A stretch of 64,000 nt of DNA from an uncultured Verrucomicrobiae bacterium (GTDB taxonomy: Bacteria > Verrucomicrobiota > Verrucomicrobiia > Chthoniobacterales > UBA10450). Where the stretch lies: NCBI GenBank assembly GCA_963735805.1, contig CAVTMK010000004.1:608001-672000 (forward strand). Reading direction: 5' to 3'. The first letter of the stretch is position 1. Every line of letters begins with the position of its first letter. A program made the position numbers and the translations under genes. Positions 18,963 through 28,051 of the stretch are shown piece by piece. The notes beneath the pieces were generated by a model. That model was not told the DNA's origin. It saw only the letters and a list, made by a program, of their open reading frames with translations, and did no database searches.

Positions 18963-19540
18963 GGGTCTCTTTTTGTTGTGGTTTCCTGTTCGTTATCAGT
19001 GGGGCACACTGTAAATTTCGGTTGTAAACTGTCCGGCGCGTTTGCGAAATTGTCTACCGCGCCTTCAACTTCCAATCCCGTCACATCGGGCGCAGCTGCG
19101 TAAATGGCTTCTTCGATCGACGATTTCAATGTTACCCGCGATGACGGACAACCGTGGCAATTTCCTTCCAGTCGCAATCTGATTCCACCCTCTGGCGTTA
19201 CTCCGATCACTTCTACGCTGCCTCCATGCAGCCCGAGGCGCGGTTTGACCTTTTCCAGCGCCCCACGCACGCGCGCCTCCAAACCGAGCGGATGCAGGCC
19301 GTGCAGGATCAACAGATTGGAAACAAGAGGATCCTCCGCCAGTTTATCAACTAATGTAAGATCGTTCTCGTGAACAATCTCCAGAGCGCGTTCCAACGTG
19401 GCGCCGTGCAATTCCAGCAACGCCTGAACCAACTCACGCGCCTGCGCCGCAACAGCCGAATCGGCGGCACCATTAAGCGCGTTGATCAACTCTTCGATTC
19501 GCCCTAGCTCCTTTTGAAATTGCGGGCCGTGGGGTTCCAT
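18959..19540 (-). CDS. NifU-domain Fe-S protein (HhyE-like)
   Basis: LLILHGLHP, LEKVKPRLGLHGGSVE and GNCHGCPSS CxxC. Confidence 0.87.
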   Translation of the reverse strand: MEPHGPQFQKELGRIEELINALNGAADSAVAAQARELVQALLELHGATLERALEIVHENDLTLVDKLAEDPLVSNLLILHGLHPLGLEARVRGALEKVKPRLGLHGGSVEVIGVTPEGGIRLRLEGNCHGCPSSRVTLKSSIEEAIYAAAPDVTGLEVEGAVDNFANAPDSLQPKFTVCPTDNEQETTTKRDP

Positions 19541-19591
19541 CGGTCTTTCATTTAGTATCGCACCGTGGCGGTGATACGCATGTGCAATTCG

Positions 19592-19885
19592 CTAATGATT
19601 CAACGGTACCCAGCCGCGGGTGGAGTAATCGCTCAGCGTCAGAGAGATCATAATGAGCAACCAGATCACGCCAGCTACGGCCGCCAGATGCAGAAGGCGG
19701 CTGCTACCCTTTATGTGCATAAAAAAAAGAGCGATCACGATGGCCTTGGTGATCGCAATTGCGAGCGCCACGATGAGATTGAACGGGCCAAGATCGACAT
19801 AGCCAATCATCCAGGTCAGAGCCAGCAGCGCCAACAGGGCGATACAGCTCCGCACGTAAACTTTCGGCTGAACAACTTTTTCCAT
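19592..19885 (-). CDS. Cytochrome c oxidase subunit IV (caa3-type)
   Basis: 3 TM segments, IA..KA..IALFFMH motif. ATG 19885 overlaps the subunit III stop. Confidence 0.88.
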   Translation of the reverse strand: MEKVVQPKVYVRSCIALLALLALTWMIGYVDLGPFNLIVALAIAITKAIVIALFFMHIKGSSRLLHLAAVAGVIWLLIMISLTLSDYSTRGWVPLNH

Positions 19886-20547
19886 TAGCGGTGTCCCACT
19901 AAGTACAAAAGAGGAAATAGAAAAACCCAGACAATGTCGACGAAATGCCAGTAGAGGCCGGCGATCTCGACGGTGTTGTGATTTCCGTGAGAAAATTTTC
20001 CAAGCCACGCAAGCAGCGTCAGAACCAGCATGATCCCGATCCCCACAGTCACATGGATTGCGTGCAACCCGGTCATTGCAAAGTAAATCCAGAAGAATAA
20101 TTCGGCGTTATACGGGTCGGCGCCGTGCCATTCAAAATGAGTTCCTGGAACCAGGTGATCCACATAGTCTTTGTGGTATTCGATGCCCTTGATCGACATG
20201 AACACGCATCCAAGGAAGGCGGTGCCGACGAGTAACCAGGTCAGGATGCGCCTTTGATCTAGTTTTGCGGCACGGACGGCCAATGCCATCAATAAACTGC
20301 TAATGAGTAGGACCGCCGTGTTTGTGCCGCCCAGAACGACATCGAGTTTGCGACTCGTTTCGATAAAAATGTTGCCGTAGGTGAAGCGGTAAACCGTGTA
20401 GCCCAGAAAGAGTCCACCAAAAAACAGCACCTCAGTGGCAAGGAAAATCCACATGCCGAGCTTTGCCGCATCGCGCTGCTGCTCGATGTCATCGAATTGC
20501 TGGGCGACGAATGCTTCTTCAGAGGCTGGCGAGGTCAAGGTCGACAT
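19885..20547 (-). CDS. Cytochrome c oxidase subunit III
   Basis: [21 protein letters not shown] and [11 protein letters not shown]. Confidence 0.95.
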   Translation of the reverse strand: MSTLTSPASEEAFVAQQFDDIEQQRDAAKLGMWIFLATEVLFFGGLFLGYTVYRFTYGNIFIETSRKLDVVLGGTNTAVLLISSLLMALAVRAAKLDQRRILTWLLVGTAFLGCVFMSIKGIEYHKDYVDHLVPGTHFEWHGADPYNAELFFWIYFAMTGLHAIHVTVGIGIMLVLTLLAWLGKFSHGNHNTVEIAGLYWHFVDIVWVFLFPLLYLVGHR

Positions 20548-22204
20548 CTTTTTCAGCTGAATAGGAATAGGGCGGTCCGGTTACCACCGGGGTTTGTTCG
20601 AAGTTGTGTTCTGGCGGGGGCGAAGGCGTCTGCCATTCCAGGCCTGTCGCACGCCACGGGTTTGGCCCCGCCGCACGACCATGTTTCCATGACCAGATGA
20701 AATAAATCAGCGGCATCAAATATCCCACACCCAGGATCGACGCGCCGGCAGTTGAGAGCACATGATAAACTTGGAACTCCGGCGGATAAACATGGTACCG
20801 CCGCGGTTGCCCGAGATAACCGAGGATGAACTGCGGAAAAAATGTCAGGTTGAATCCGATGAATGTGATCATGGCCGCGAGCTTGCCCGCAAATTCTGGA
20901 TACAACCGTCCGGAAATTTTCGGCCACCAATAGTGAAGGCCGCCCATGAACGCCATCACCATTCCGCCCACCATGATGTAATGAAAATGCGCGATAACGA
21001 AATACGTGTCGTGCACATGAACATCAACCGCGAGCGCGGCGAGAAACAGCCCGGTCAGGCCGCCGATGGTGAAAAGACCGATGAATCCCAATGCGTAGAG
21101 CATCGGTGTTGCGAAATGAATGGAGCCTTTGCGCAGTGTCGCCGTCCAATTGAAAACTTTTATGCCGGAGGGAACAGCCACGAGAAAACTAAGCATCGAG
21201 AAAATCATGCCGGCGTAAACCGATTGGCTGGACACAAACATGTGATGGCCCCAAACGAGGAACCCTAAAACGGCGATCGCCATGCTCGCGGATCCAATCC
21301 ACGCATAGCCGTAGATCGGTTTTCGGGAGAAACACGTGATCAATTCGCTGATCACTCCCATTCCCGGCAAAATCATGATGTAGACCGCGGGATGCGAATA
21401 AAACCAAAACATGTGCTGAAACAGAACGGGGTCGCCACCCAGTTTTGGATCGAAGATTCCGAGGCCCCAGAAGCGTTCCACGGAGATGAGCGCGAGCGTA
21501 ATGGCTAGAACGGGTGTGGCGAGCACCATGATCAAACTGGTCGCGTAAAGTGACCAGACGAACAGCGGCAATCGAAACCAAGTCAGACCTGGCGCACGCA
21601 TTTTGTGGATTGTGACCATGAAGTTCATGCCGGTTATGATTGTTGAGAACCCGGCCACGAAAACGCCGGCTGCCATCGAAATCACGTGCGTGTTTGCGTA
21701 GGTAGTGCTGTAAGGAGTGTAGAAGGTCCAGCCAGTGTCGACGCCTCCGTGGATCAGCGACCAGAGCGCGAGAGCGCCGCCGGCGACAAAAATATACCAG
21801 CTCATTAGGTTGAGCTTTGGAAACGCAACATCACGCGCCCCGATCATCATCGGCAGAATGAAATTGCCGAGCACGGTTGGAATCGATGGGATCAGAAAGA
21901 ACCAAACCATCAAGACGCCGTGGATGGTGAAAAGTTTGTTGTAAGTTTCCGATGTGACGAGCTTCGGTTGTGGTGTGACCAGCTCGATTCGCATTAAGGC
22001 CGCCGCCACGCTCGCGATCAGGAAAAAGAACAGGATTGTAAAAAGATAAAGAAGACCGATTCGCTTGTGATCCTTTGTCAGCAACCACGAGTGGACTCCG
22101 TGGTCTACGCTCAGATAATTCTCGCGCGCAAATTCACCGGGCTGCTCGACGATTGATTCCGTCGCGCTTTTTGTGGGTTCGTGCTCCGAAGTCGAGGTGT
22201 TCAT
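20519..22204 (-). CDS. Heme-copper oxidase subunit I, type A2
   Basis: [17 protein letters not shown] (YS motif of A2 enzymes), WGHH and HFHY. Confidence 0.96.
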   Translation of the reverse strand: MNTSTSEHEPTKSATESIVEQPGEFARENYLSVDHGVHSWLLTKDHKRIGLLYLFTILFFFLIASVAAALMRIELVTPQPKLVTSETYNKLFTIHGVLMVWFFLIPSIPTVLGNFILPMMIGARDVAFPKLNLMSWYIFVAGGALALWSLIHGGVDTGWTFYTPYSTTYANTHVISMAAGVFVAGFSTIITGMNFMVTIHKMRAPGLTWFRLPLFVWSLYATSLIMVLATPVLAITLALISVERFWGLGIFDPKLGGDPVLFQHMFWFYSHPAVYIMILPGMGVISELITCFSRKPIYGYAWIGSASMAIAVLGFLVWGHHMFVSSQSVYAGMIFSMLSFLVAVPSGIKVFNWTATLRKGSIHFATPMLYALGFIGLFTIGGLTGLFLAALAVDVHVHDTYFVIAHFHYIMVGGMVMAFMGGLHYWWPKISGRLYPEFAGKLAAMITFIGFNLTFFPQFILGYLGQPRRYHVYPPEFQVYHVLSTAGASILGVGYLMPLIYFIWSWKHGRAAGPNPWRATGLEWQTPSPPPEHNFEQTPVVTGPPYSYSAEKDVDLDLASL

Positions 22205-23145
22205 TGCGACGGGGGCGGCTGATTGCCGATGTACTTCAAGTAGACGATGAGCTGCATGATCTCTTCCTCGCTCAAATGCCCGGTGAAACTGGGCATGATG
22301 TTATCGTAGCCGGCAGAGATTTGTTTCCCGGGCTGCAAGATCGAATCGCGTAAATATTGGTCGTCAGCTGTGACCATTGTGCCATCGGAGAGCGGTACCG
22401 GCTTTCGGTAGAGGCCTCGGAGCAGAGGCGCGTGAAACTGGGAGTTCGGCGCGTGGCAGCCGCTGCATCCCCGATCGTGAAATAGTCGTTCCCCTGTTTT
22501 CACAATCGATTCGCTCGGTTCCCCTGATTTTAACCAGCGTTCATAGGCAGCGGGCTCCATCACCACCACGCGGCCAATCATCCGGGAATGTTGGGTGCCG
22601 CAATACTGGGCGCAGAAAATGTGATATTCACCCGTGCGTGTCGGCTTGAACCATTCACCGGTGTACCTTCCCGGCACAACGTCCTGCTTCACTCGGAATG
22701 CTGGAACAAAAAAACTGTGGATAACGTCCTGAGACGTCATCGTTAATGCCACCGTACTGTTGACCGGCAGATGCAGCTCGTTGATCTCCCGCTTTCCTTC
22801 GGCGTGCTGAAGTTTCCACATCCATTGTTTACCGACGACTTGCACTTCGATCGCATTAGCCGGCCTTCGCTCGATCCGGAAATAGACCACTGCGCCCCAT
22901 GCAAAGAGCCCGAGTGACAGAAAGATGGGACCGATGGTCCAGGCGCTCTCAATCAAAAATGAACCGGACTTCGGATTTGAGCGATCAGCCGGCGATCCCC
23001 GACGATATTTTACGGAAAAGAAAATGATCGGCAGAAAAATAACGGCCATGAAAAACAGCGAGATGAGCGTCAGCGCGAAAAATAACGCATCCACTTCGTG
23101 CGACGCCGTGGAGGCTTGCGGCGGGAAGAGACGGAATTGATCCAT
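22201..23145 (-). CDS. Cytochrome c oxidase subunit II with fused cytochrome c (caa3)
   Basis: CuA ligands DVIHS...[11 protein letters not shown]-terminal CSGCH heme motif. Confidence 0.96.
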   Translation of the reverse strand: MDQFRLFPPQASTASHEVDALFFALTLISLFFMAVIFLPIIFFSVKYRRGSPADRSNPKSGSFLIESAWTIGPIFLSLGLFAWGAVVYFRIERRPANAIEVQVVGKQWMWKLQHAEGKREINELHLPVNSTVALTMTSQDVIHSFFVPAFRVKQDVVPGRYTGEWFKPTRTGEYHIFCAQYCGTQHSRMIGRVVVMEPAAYERWLKSGEPSESIVKTGERLFHDRGCSGCHAPNSQFHAPLLRGLYRKPVPLSDGTMVTADDQYLRDSILQPGKQISAGYDNIMPSFTGHLSEEEIMQLIVYLKYIGNQPPPSQ

Positions 23146-23148
23146 GTT

Positions 23149-23946
23149 TCAATTGCTTTGCGCGTGTCCTCCGGCTGACTGCCGTGTCATCGAAAGAATC
23201 CACCACGCGATCGCGACGAGAAATCCCAGGCTTGCGACGCGAAGGATCGCCAGGATTAATCCACCGTATTTTCCGGTGATGGGATTGTAATGGTAACAAA
23301 GCAGAAAGACCTGCGAGACGACGGATGAAGATCTCCCTTCTTTCGCGGCCGCCAGCGCGGCATCCAGTTCTCTCGCATTCAGTCTTACCCCGAAGACGTA
23401 GCGGGAAATTTTCCCCTCCGGGGTGAGCACGACGACTCCGCTTGGATGCGCGTATTGATTTGTTTGCGGGTCGTAAACGTAACGAAACCCTGTTTGATCG
23501 GCTAGTTCTGCGATTGAGCGCTTGTCACCGACGAGGAAATGCCAGGCATCCGCCGCACCGGGTCGCCCGTATTGCCGTAAGTATTCCGATTTTTTTTGGG
23601 CGGCAGATTTGGCCGTTTCTCCTGGATCAATACTTACATCGATGATTTGGAAATCCCTGCCTACGCTCAACGGCAACTCATGGAGAGCCTGGATCAACCC
23701 ATCATTGATCAGGTCGCACAGCATCGGGCAGCGGTAATAGCCCAACACGAGGATAGTTGGTTGTTTGCCGAAATGATCGCCGAGCCGAAAGGGCTGATCA
23801 TTTTGATCGTGAAAGACCAGATCGGCTGAAATCTGCACGCCGGGGTGTTGCTCGAAAGTCACGCGACTCAGATCGCCGGGTGTTAGTGCGCGCGCTTGCT
23901 CCGCGACCGAGCAGATTAACACAAGTGCGAACGCGATCTGTTTCAT
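23149..23946 (-). CDS. SCO1/SenC copper chaperone
   Basis: Signal peptide, YYRCPMLC, SIDP and AHPSG; C-terminal TM. ATG 23946 overlaps the upstream stop. Confidence 0.9.
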   Translation of the reverse strand: MKQIAFALVLICSVAEQARALTPGDLSRVTFEQHPGVQISADLVFHDQNDQPFRLGDHFGKQPTILVLGYYRCPMLCDLINDGLIQALHELPLSVGRDFQIIDVSIDPGETAKSAAQKKSEYLRQYGRPGAADAWHFLVGDKRSIAELADQTGFRYVYDPQTNQYAHPSGVVVLTPEGKISRYVFGVRLNARELDAALAAAKEGRSSSVVSQVFLLCYHYNPITGKYGGLILAILRVASLGFLVAIAWWILSMTRQSAGGHAQSN

Positions 23947-24395
23947 TGGCTTTCCGGTAATTGAGGTGGCATGGCGGTTTCTGCAGGGCGCGCCTGCATC
24001 AAACTCAGCGGCGTTTGCCCCGCGCCGACATCGGGTAAACCACGCTCCAACAGCAGTTCCATGGCACGATCGATGGGGACGCGCACTGTTCCCGAGGCCC
24101 GGTTGATCCAGCCGTAAGAATTGAGATCGGCTTCCTCGGCGGCGCGGAACGTCGCCAAATCCACGGGCCCCCTTACTTCCAGTCGTGGCTTGGGAAATTC
24201 GCCTGTGCTCGTCAATGGAAGAGTTGGCTGGCCGGCGGTCTTGGTCGGCTCGTGGAATTTGAAGTAATGCATCATTCCCCAGACAACCAGGAAGATGATT
24301 AGACAGGACAAAAACAGAAGGAAGGCGATGGCAAATAACGACGGTACATCGACGTCTTTTCGTTCGTGGTCGCGCGTTTGCTCGGTTGTGTTCAT
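23943..24395 (-). CDS. Single-TM ACIII-operon protein (possible ActG-like)
   Basis: HE..DV N-terminus, one TM, P.PRL and YGW....G.VRVPIDRAM; located between actF and SCO. Confidence 0.7.
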   Translation of the reverse strand: MNTTEQTRDHERKDVDVPSLFAIAFLLFLSCLIIFLVVWGMMHYFKFHEPTKTAGQPTLPLTSTGEFPKPRLEVRGPVDLATFRAAEEADLNSYGWINRASGTVRVPIDRAMELLLERGLPDVGAGQTPLSLMQARPAETAMPPQLPESQ

Positions 24396-25555
24396 GTGGG
24401 CACAGCAAGCGCGAGCCGCGGATCGTTTTGGGGAACGAGCCGACGCGCCTCCAAATTCTTCAAAAACGCGAACGCGTAGATACCGCCGATCCCTAGGAAA
24501 GCAGCTGGAGCGAACCAGCCGACATAAAAATGTTTCGTATAAATGCTCGGGGCAATCGTCCACCAGATGGCGACAATGTGCGCGGCGAACACGCACCCTG
24601 CGATGCATGCCAGGATGCGCCGACGCTTTTTCGCCGACCGCATCAGCAGGAGAAAAAAGGGAACAAAAAAGTGGAAGAGCGCGATGAAAATCGCAATCCA
24701 CTTCCAACCGTCGTTGATGCGGTGCAAGTACCAGCCGATTTCGTGCGGCAGATTTCCCGACCAAATAACGAGCAACTGGCCGAAGGCGAGGTATGCCCAC
24801 ATCATGGTGAAAGCGAGCAACAGATTGCCGAGCTTGTGAAAATTCTGCTCTGTCGCCAGATGAGCAAGAGGCGATGAACGGGCCGCCCATTCGAGCAGTA
24901 AAATCGCCAGCGCAAGTGCGCTCAGAATTTGGCCGATGCAAATAAGGACAGGAAACATGGTTGAGAACCAGTCCGCTTCCATCGACATCAGCCAGTCAAC
25001 TGCGGCGAACGTCATGGTCACTGGATAAATCACCAGACCCGGTCCGCTCAGTCTCCGCATTTTACGCGTCGGCTCGACTGAAACAGTCGCGTCTTGCTCC
25101 GCAGACCATTTTAGCAATTGCCTGGCCATGATGATCCAAATCGCAAAGACAATCGCGGCGCGAAGAATAAAGCCCGGCGCGTTCAGATAGATCCGTGTCT
25201 CTCGCAGAGTTTCGTGCGTTGCGACCACAGCCGGATTTTCCCACGGATAGAGTTGGGACAATCCAAAGAAAATTGGGACAAATAGCAGAGCCAGCAAAGG
25301 CAAGTTACCGACCGCGGATTCAAGAAACCGTCGCACAGCGTAACCCCAGTCGCCTGCTGTTAGATGATGGATCATGAGCAGCCCCAGCGATCCAAGCGAA
25401 AGACCCAGGAAGAAAAAATGGCCGAAGAGATAACCGACAAAGAAATCGCGCGGCTCGATGAACCAGCCAATAAGACATCCGATGAGCCCGATGACGGCGA
25501 CGCCTAACGAAATATTTTTCGCGCGACTAACAGAACGATCAAGGACCGCGTTCAT
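24392..25555 (-). CDS. actF: Alternative complex III membrane subunit ActF
   Basis: About 10 TM segments, DWLMS....WFST, LG.LL and Q.LVIW.GNLP.E; position in operon. Confidence 0.88.
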   Translation of the reverse strand: MNAVLDRSVSRAKNISLGVAVIGLIGCLIGWFIEPRDFFVGYLFGHFFFLGLSLGSLGLLMIHHLTAGDWGYAVRRFLESAVGNLPLLALLFVPIFFGLSQLYPWENPAVVATHETLRETRIYLNAPGFILRAAIVFAIWIIMARQLLKWSAEQDATVSVEPTRKMRRLSGPGLVIYPVTMTFAAVDWLMSMEADWFSTMFPVLICIGQILSALALAILLLEWAARSSPLAHLATEQNFHKLGNLLLAFTMMWAYLAFGQLLVIWSGNLPHEIGWYLHRINDGWKWIAIFIALFHFFVPFFLLLMRSAKKRRRILACIAGCVFAAHIVAIWWTIAPSIYTKHFYVGWFAPAAFLGIGGIYAFAFLKNLEARRLVPQNDPRLALAVPT

Positions 25556-26124
25556 TTTTTACTCTCCAGCTTTGCTCGCTCGGCTGGATCGACGTCGGAT
25601 AACCTGGCGTCATGACTAAGCTGCAAGGCGCGGATGTATGCAGCGATCGCCCATCGATCTTCCGGCTCGACCCGCGTGGCGTAGGAATACATCACGCCGT
25701 AGCCATTGGTGATTACGTCGAAAAAATGGCCGATCGGTGCATTGCGCAGCCGATCCACATGGAATGATGGTGGTTGCGGAAAGCCGCGTTGAACCACCAT
25801 GCCGTTTCCACTGCCGGTGCGGTCGTGGCATTCGGCGCATACGGCCTCGAAACGTTCACGGCCTCGACTCAGAAGGTCACGGCTCAGCTTTACCGGCAGC
25901 TGGGTCACATAAATTCCATTCGTTTGCCCTGTGTAAAACGCTATGTCCTCGCGTGCATCGCCCCGAGGCACAGTGTGCGCCGGTGGTTGACGCGCATTGC
26001 TTCCATTCGAGAAAAAATCGCTTTCTGAAAGAGGTTTGGCTTTGGGCTGATTCATCATGTCCGGCCGACAACCAAGGAACAGCAATGCGAGTGCGAGTAC
26101 CGCTGCGTTTTGATGCGAATTCAT
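25552..26124 (-). CDS. actE: ACIII monoheme cytochrome c lipoprotein ActE
   Basis: Lipobox LFLGC, DM..QP, CAECH and W..AAYIR.LQ. Confidence 0.9.
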   Translation of the reverse strand: MNSHQNAAVLALALLFLGCRPDMMNQPKAKPLSESDFFSNGSNARQPPAHTVPRGDAREDIAFYTGQTNGIYVTQLPVKLSRDLLSRGRERFEAVCAECHDRTGSGNGMVVQRGFPQPPSFHVDRLRNAPIGHFFDVITNGYGVMYSYATRVEPEDRWAIAAYIRALQLSHDARLSDVDPAERAKLESKK

Positions 26125-26648
26125 TTGGGCACCTCCGCTATCGACAATGGATGGAGGCCTTGCAGAAACGCGCGCGTTTGGTTGATATGAAAATTTGGGT
26201 CGCGCGTTTCAATACAAAGAAAAAATCGGTCCTGCGACGCGCGCTCAAATTCAGGGACATTGAACAGCGGATGGTGAGGACGTGGTAGACCACTCAAACC
26301 CAGGGAAAAAAAGAATGCTGTCAGCCCTGCAGCCAGCACGGTTAGTTCGAAAGTAATGGGAATAAACGCCGGCCAACTGTGAATTGGACGGCCCCCGATA
26401 TTGATTACGTAGCTAACGGCGTTGGCGTACCACTCCATGTAATACGCGCAAACCCCGCCAATGATTCCACCAATCAACACGATCACCGGCAGACGCGTTC
26501 TCTTTCCCAGCGCTTCGGCCAAACCTTCGACCGGAAACGGCGCGAACCCGTCCATCTTTCTGAAGCCAGCTGCGTGCGCTTTTTCGGCCGCGTGCAGCAG
26601 TTCTTCGTGAGTCGAAAATTCTGCAAGCAATCCGTACGGCTGGGTCAT
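26121..26648 (-). CDS. actD: ACIII subunit ActD (DUF3341)
   Basis: GLLAEF, PFPVEGL and GGRP..SWPAFIPITFEL. ATG 26648 overlaps the actC stop. Confidence 0.9.
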   Translation of the reverse strand: MTQPYGLLAEFSTHEELLHAAEKAHAAGFRKMDGFAPFPVEGLAEALGKRTRLPVIVLIGGIIGGVCAYYMEWYANAVSYVINIGGRPIHSWPAFIPITFELTVLAAGLTAFFFSLGLSGLPRPHHPLFNVPEFERASQDRFFLCIETRDPNFHINQTRAFLQGLHPLSIAEVPK

Positions 26649-28051
26649 TTGACTGTTGCTCGTTGAGGTTCGGCGACCAATTCGCGCGTCTCGGACATCG
26701 AAATCATTGGCGCAAGGCGCATAAACAAAAACTGAAGAGTCAGAAACAGACCGACGCTCCCAAACAGCGTCATCCAGTCCCATTCCGTCGGGAAAAACAT
26801 GCGCCAGGCCGAAGGTGTGAAATCGCGGTTCAGACTGGTAATAACGATGACGAAACGTTCGATCCACATGCCGACGTTGATGAACAGCGCCACGATGAAA
26901 AGACTGACCGGGTTGCGCCGGATCCGTGCCGACCAGAGCGCCTGGGGCACGAACACATTGAAAAGCATCAACGTCCAAAACACCCAGCCATACGGGCCGA
27001 ATGCGCGATTCATCATCATGTAGCGCTCGAAAATATCGCCACTGTAAAACGCCATGAACGCCTCGATGAAATAGCCATAGGCAACGATGAGCCCGGTGAC
27101 CAACATGATGTTGGCCATGTTATTGAGGTACCGTTCGGTAATCAGGTGCTCCAGGTGATAGATCTTGCGCACGGGGAGGATGATGTTCAGCGACATGGCG
27201 AACCCTGAGTAAATCGCCCCGGCTACGAAGTACGGCGGGAAAATCGTCGAGTGCCAGCCCGGCACGATCGCGACGGCGAAATCAAAGCTCACCACGCTAT
27301 GTACGGAAAGCACCAGTGGAGTTGCGAGTCCGGCCAGCAGCAGATATGCAATCTGATGGCGTTGCCAGTGCGTGGCTGAGTTGCGCCAACCCAATGCAAA
27401 AAAGCCGTAGATTTTTTTCTGCCAGAGTTTTTTTGCGCGATCACGGACAGTGGCCAGATCGGGAACCAGGCCGAGATACCAAAACAGCAGCGAGATAGTG
27501 AAATACGTCCCAACCGCAAAAACGTCCCAGACCAGTGGGCTCCGAAATTGTGGCCACACGCCCATCGTATCCGGATATGGAAACAGCCAAAAAAAAACCC
27601 ATGGTCGCCCCAGGTGAAGCAGCGGCATCAGACCAGCGCATGCCACTGCAAACAACGTCATAGCTTCAGTGAAGCGATTGATCGCGGTGCGCCAGTGCTG
27701 GAAGAGCAACAGTAAAATCGCGGAAATGAAGGTGCCAGCGTGGGCAATTCCCACCCACCAGACAAAATTCACAATCGCAAATCCCCACGCGACCGGAATG
27801 TTAACTCCCCAGATGCCGACGCCTTTTGCGAAAAGCCACGTGACCGCGAACAGAAATATCATCAGCAGGAAGAACGCGATGAAGAAGCCGAATCTCCAGC
27901 TGACTGGCGCACGGGTGAACGGAATCTCCCCGATGGTTTTGTTTACTGATTCATACGTCTGACCGGGAGCGAGAAGATTGGTCGGATAACCAAGCGGCGA
28001 AAACGAGGATGATTCGTGATTCGTGATTCGTGATTCGTCACGCGAGCTCAT
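26645..28051 (-). CDS. actC: ACIII quinol-oxidising NrfD-family subunit ActC
   Basis: [34 protein letters not shown] and [14 protein letters not shown]. Confidence 0.93.
   Translation of the reverse strand: MSSRDESRITNHESSSFSPLGYPTNLLAPGQTYESVNKTIGEIPFTRAPVSWRFGFFIAFFLLMIFLFAVTWLFAKGVGIWGVNIPVAWGFAIVNFVWWVGIAHAGTFISAILLLLFQHWRTAINRFTEAMTLFAVACAGLMPLLHLGRPWVFFWLFPYPDTMGVWPQFRSPLVWDVFAVGTYFTISLLFWYLGLVPDLATVRDRAKKLWQKKIYGFFALGWRNSATHWQRHQIAYLLLAGLATPLVLSVHSVVSFDFAVAIVPGWHSTIFPPYFVAGAIYSGFAMSLNIILPVRKIYHLEHLITERYLNNMANIMLVTGLIVAYGYFIEAFMAFYSGDIFERYMMMNRAFGPYGWVFWTLMLFNVFVPQALWSARIRRNPVSLFIVALFINVGMWIERFVIVITSLNRDFTPSAWRMFFPTEWDWMTLFGSVGLFLTLQFLFMRLAPMISMSETRELVAEPQRATVK

Noticed and set aside
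23946..26978. Long N-terminal extensions in the ORF track (SCO to 24408, 23943 ORF to 24941, ActD to 26978; also the Ni permease, gmhA and coxIV)
   Set aside because: They overlap upstream genes. Internal ATGs overlapping the upstream stop codons give family-typical starts.
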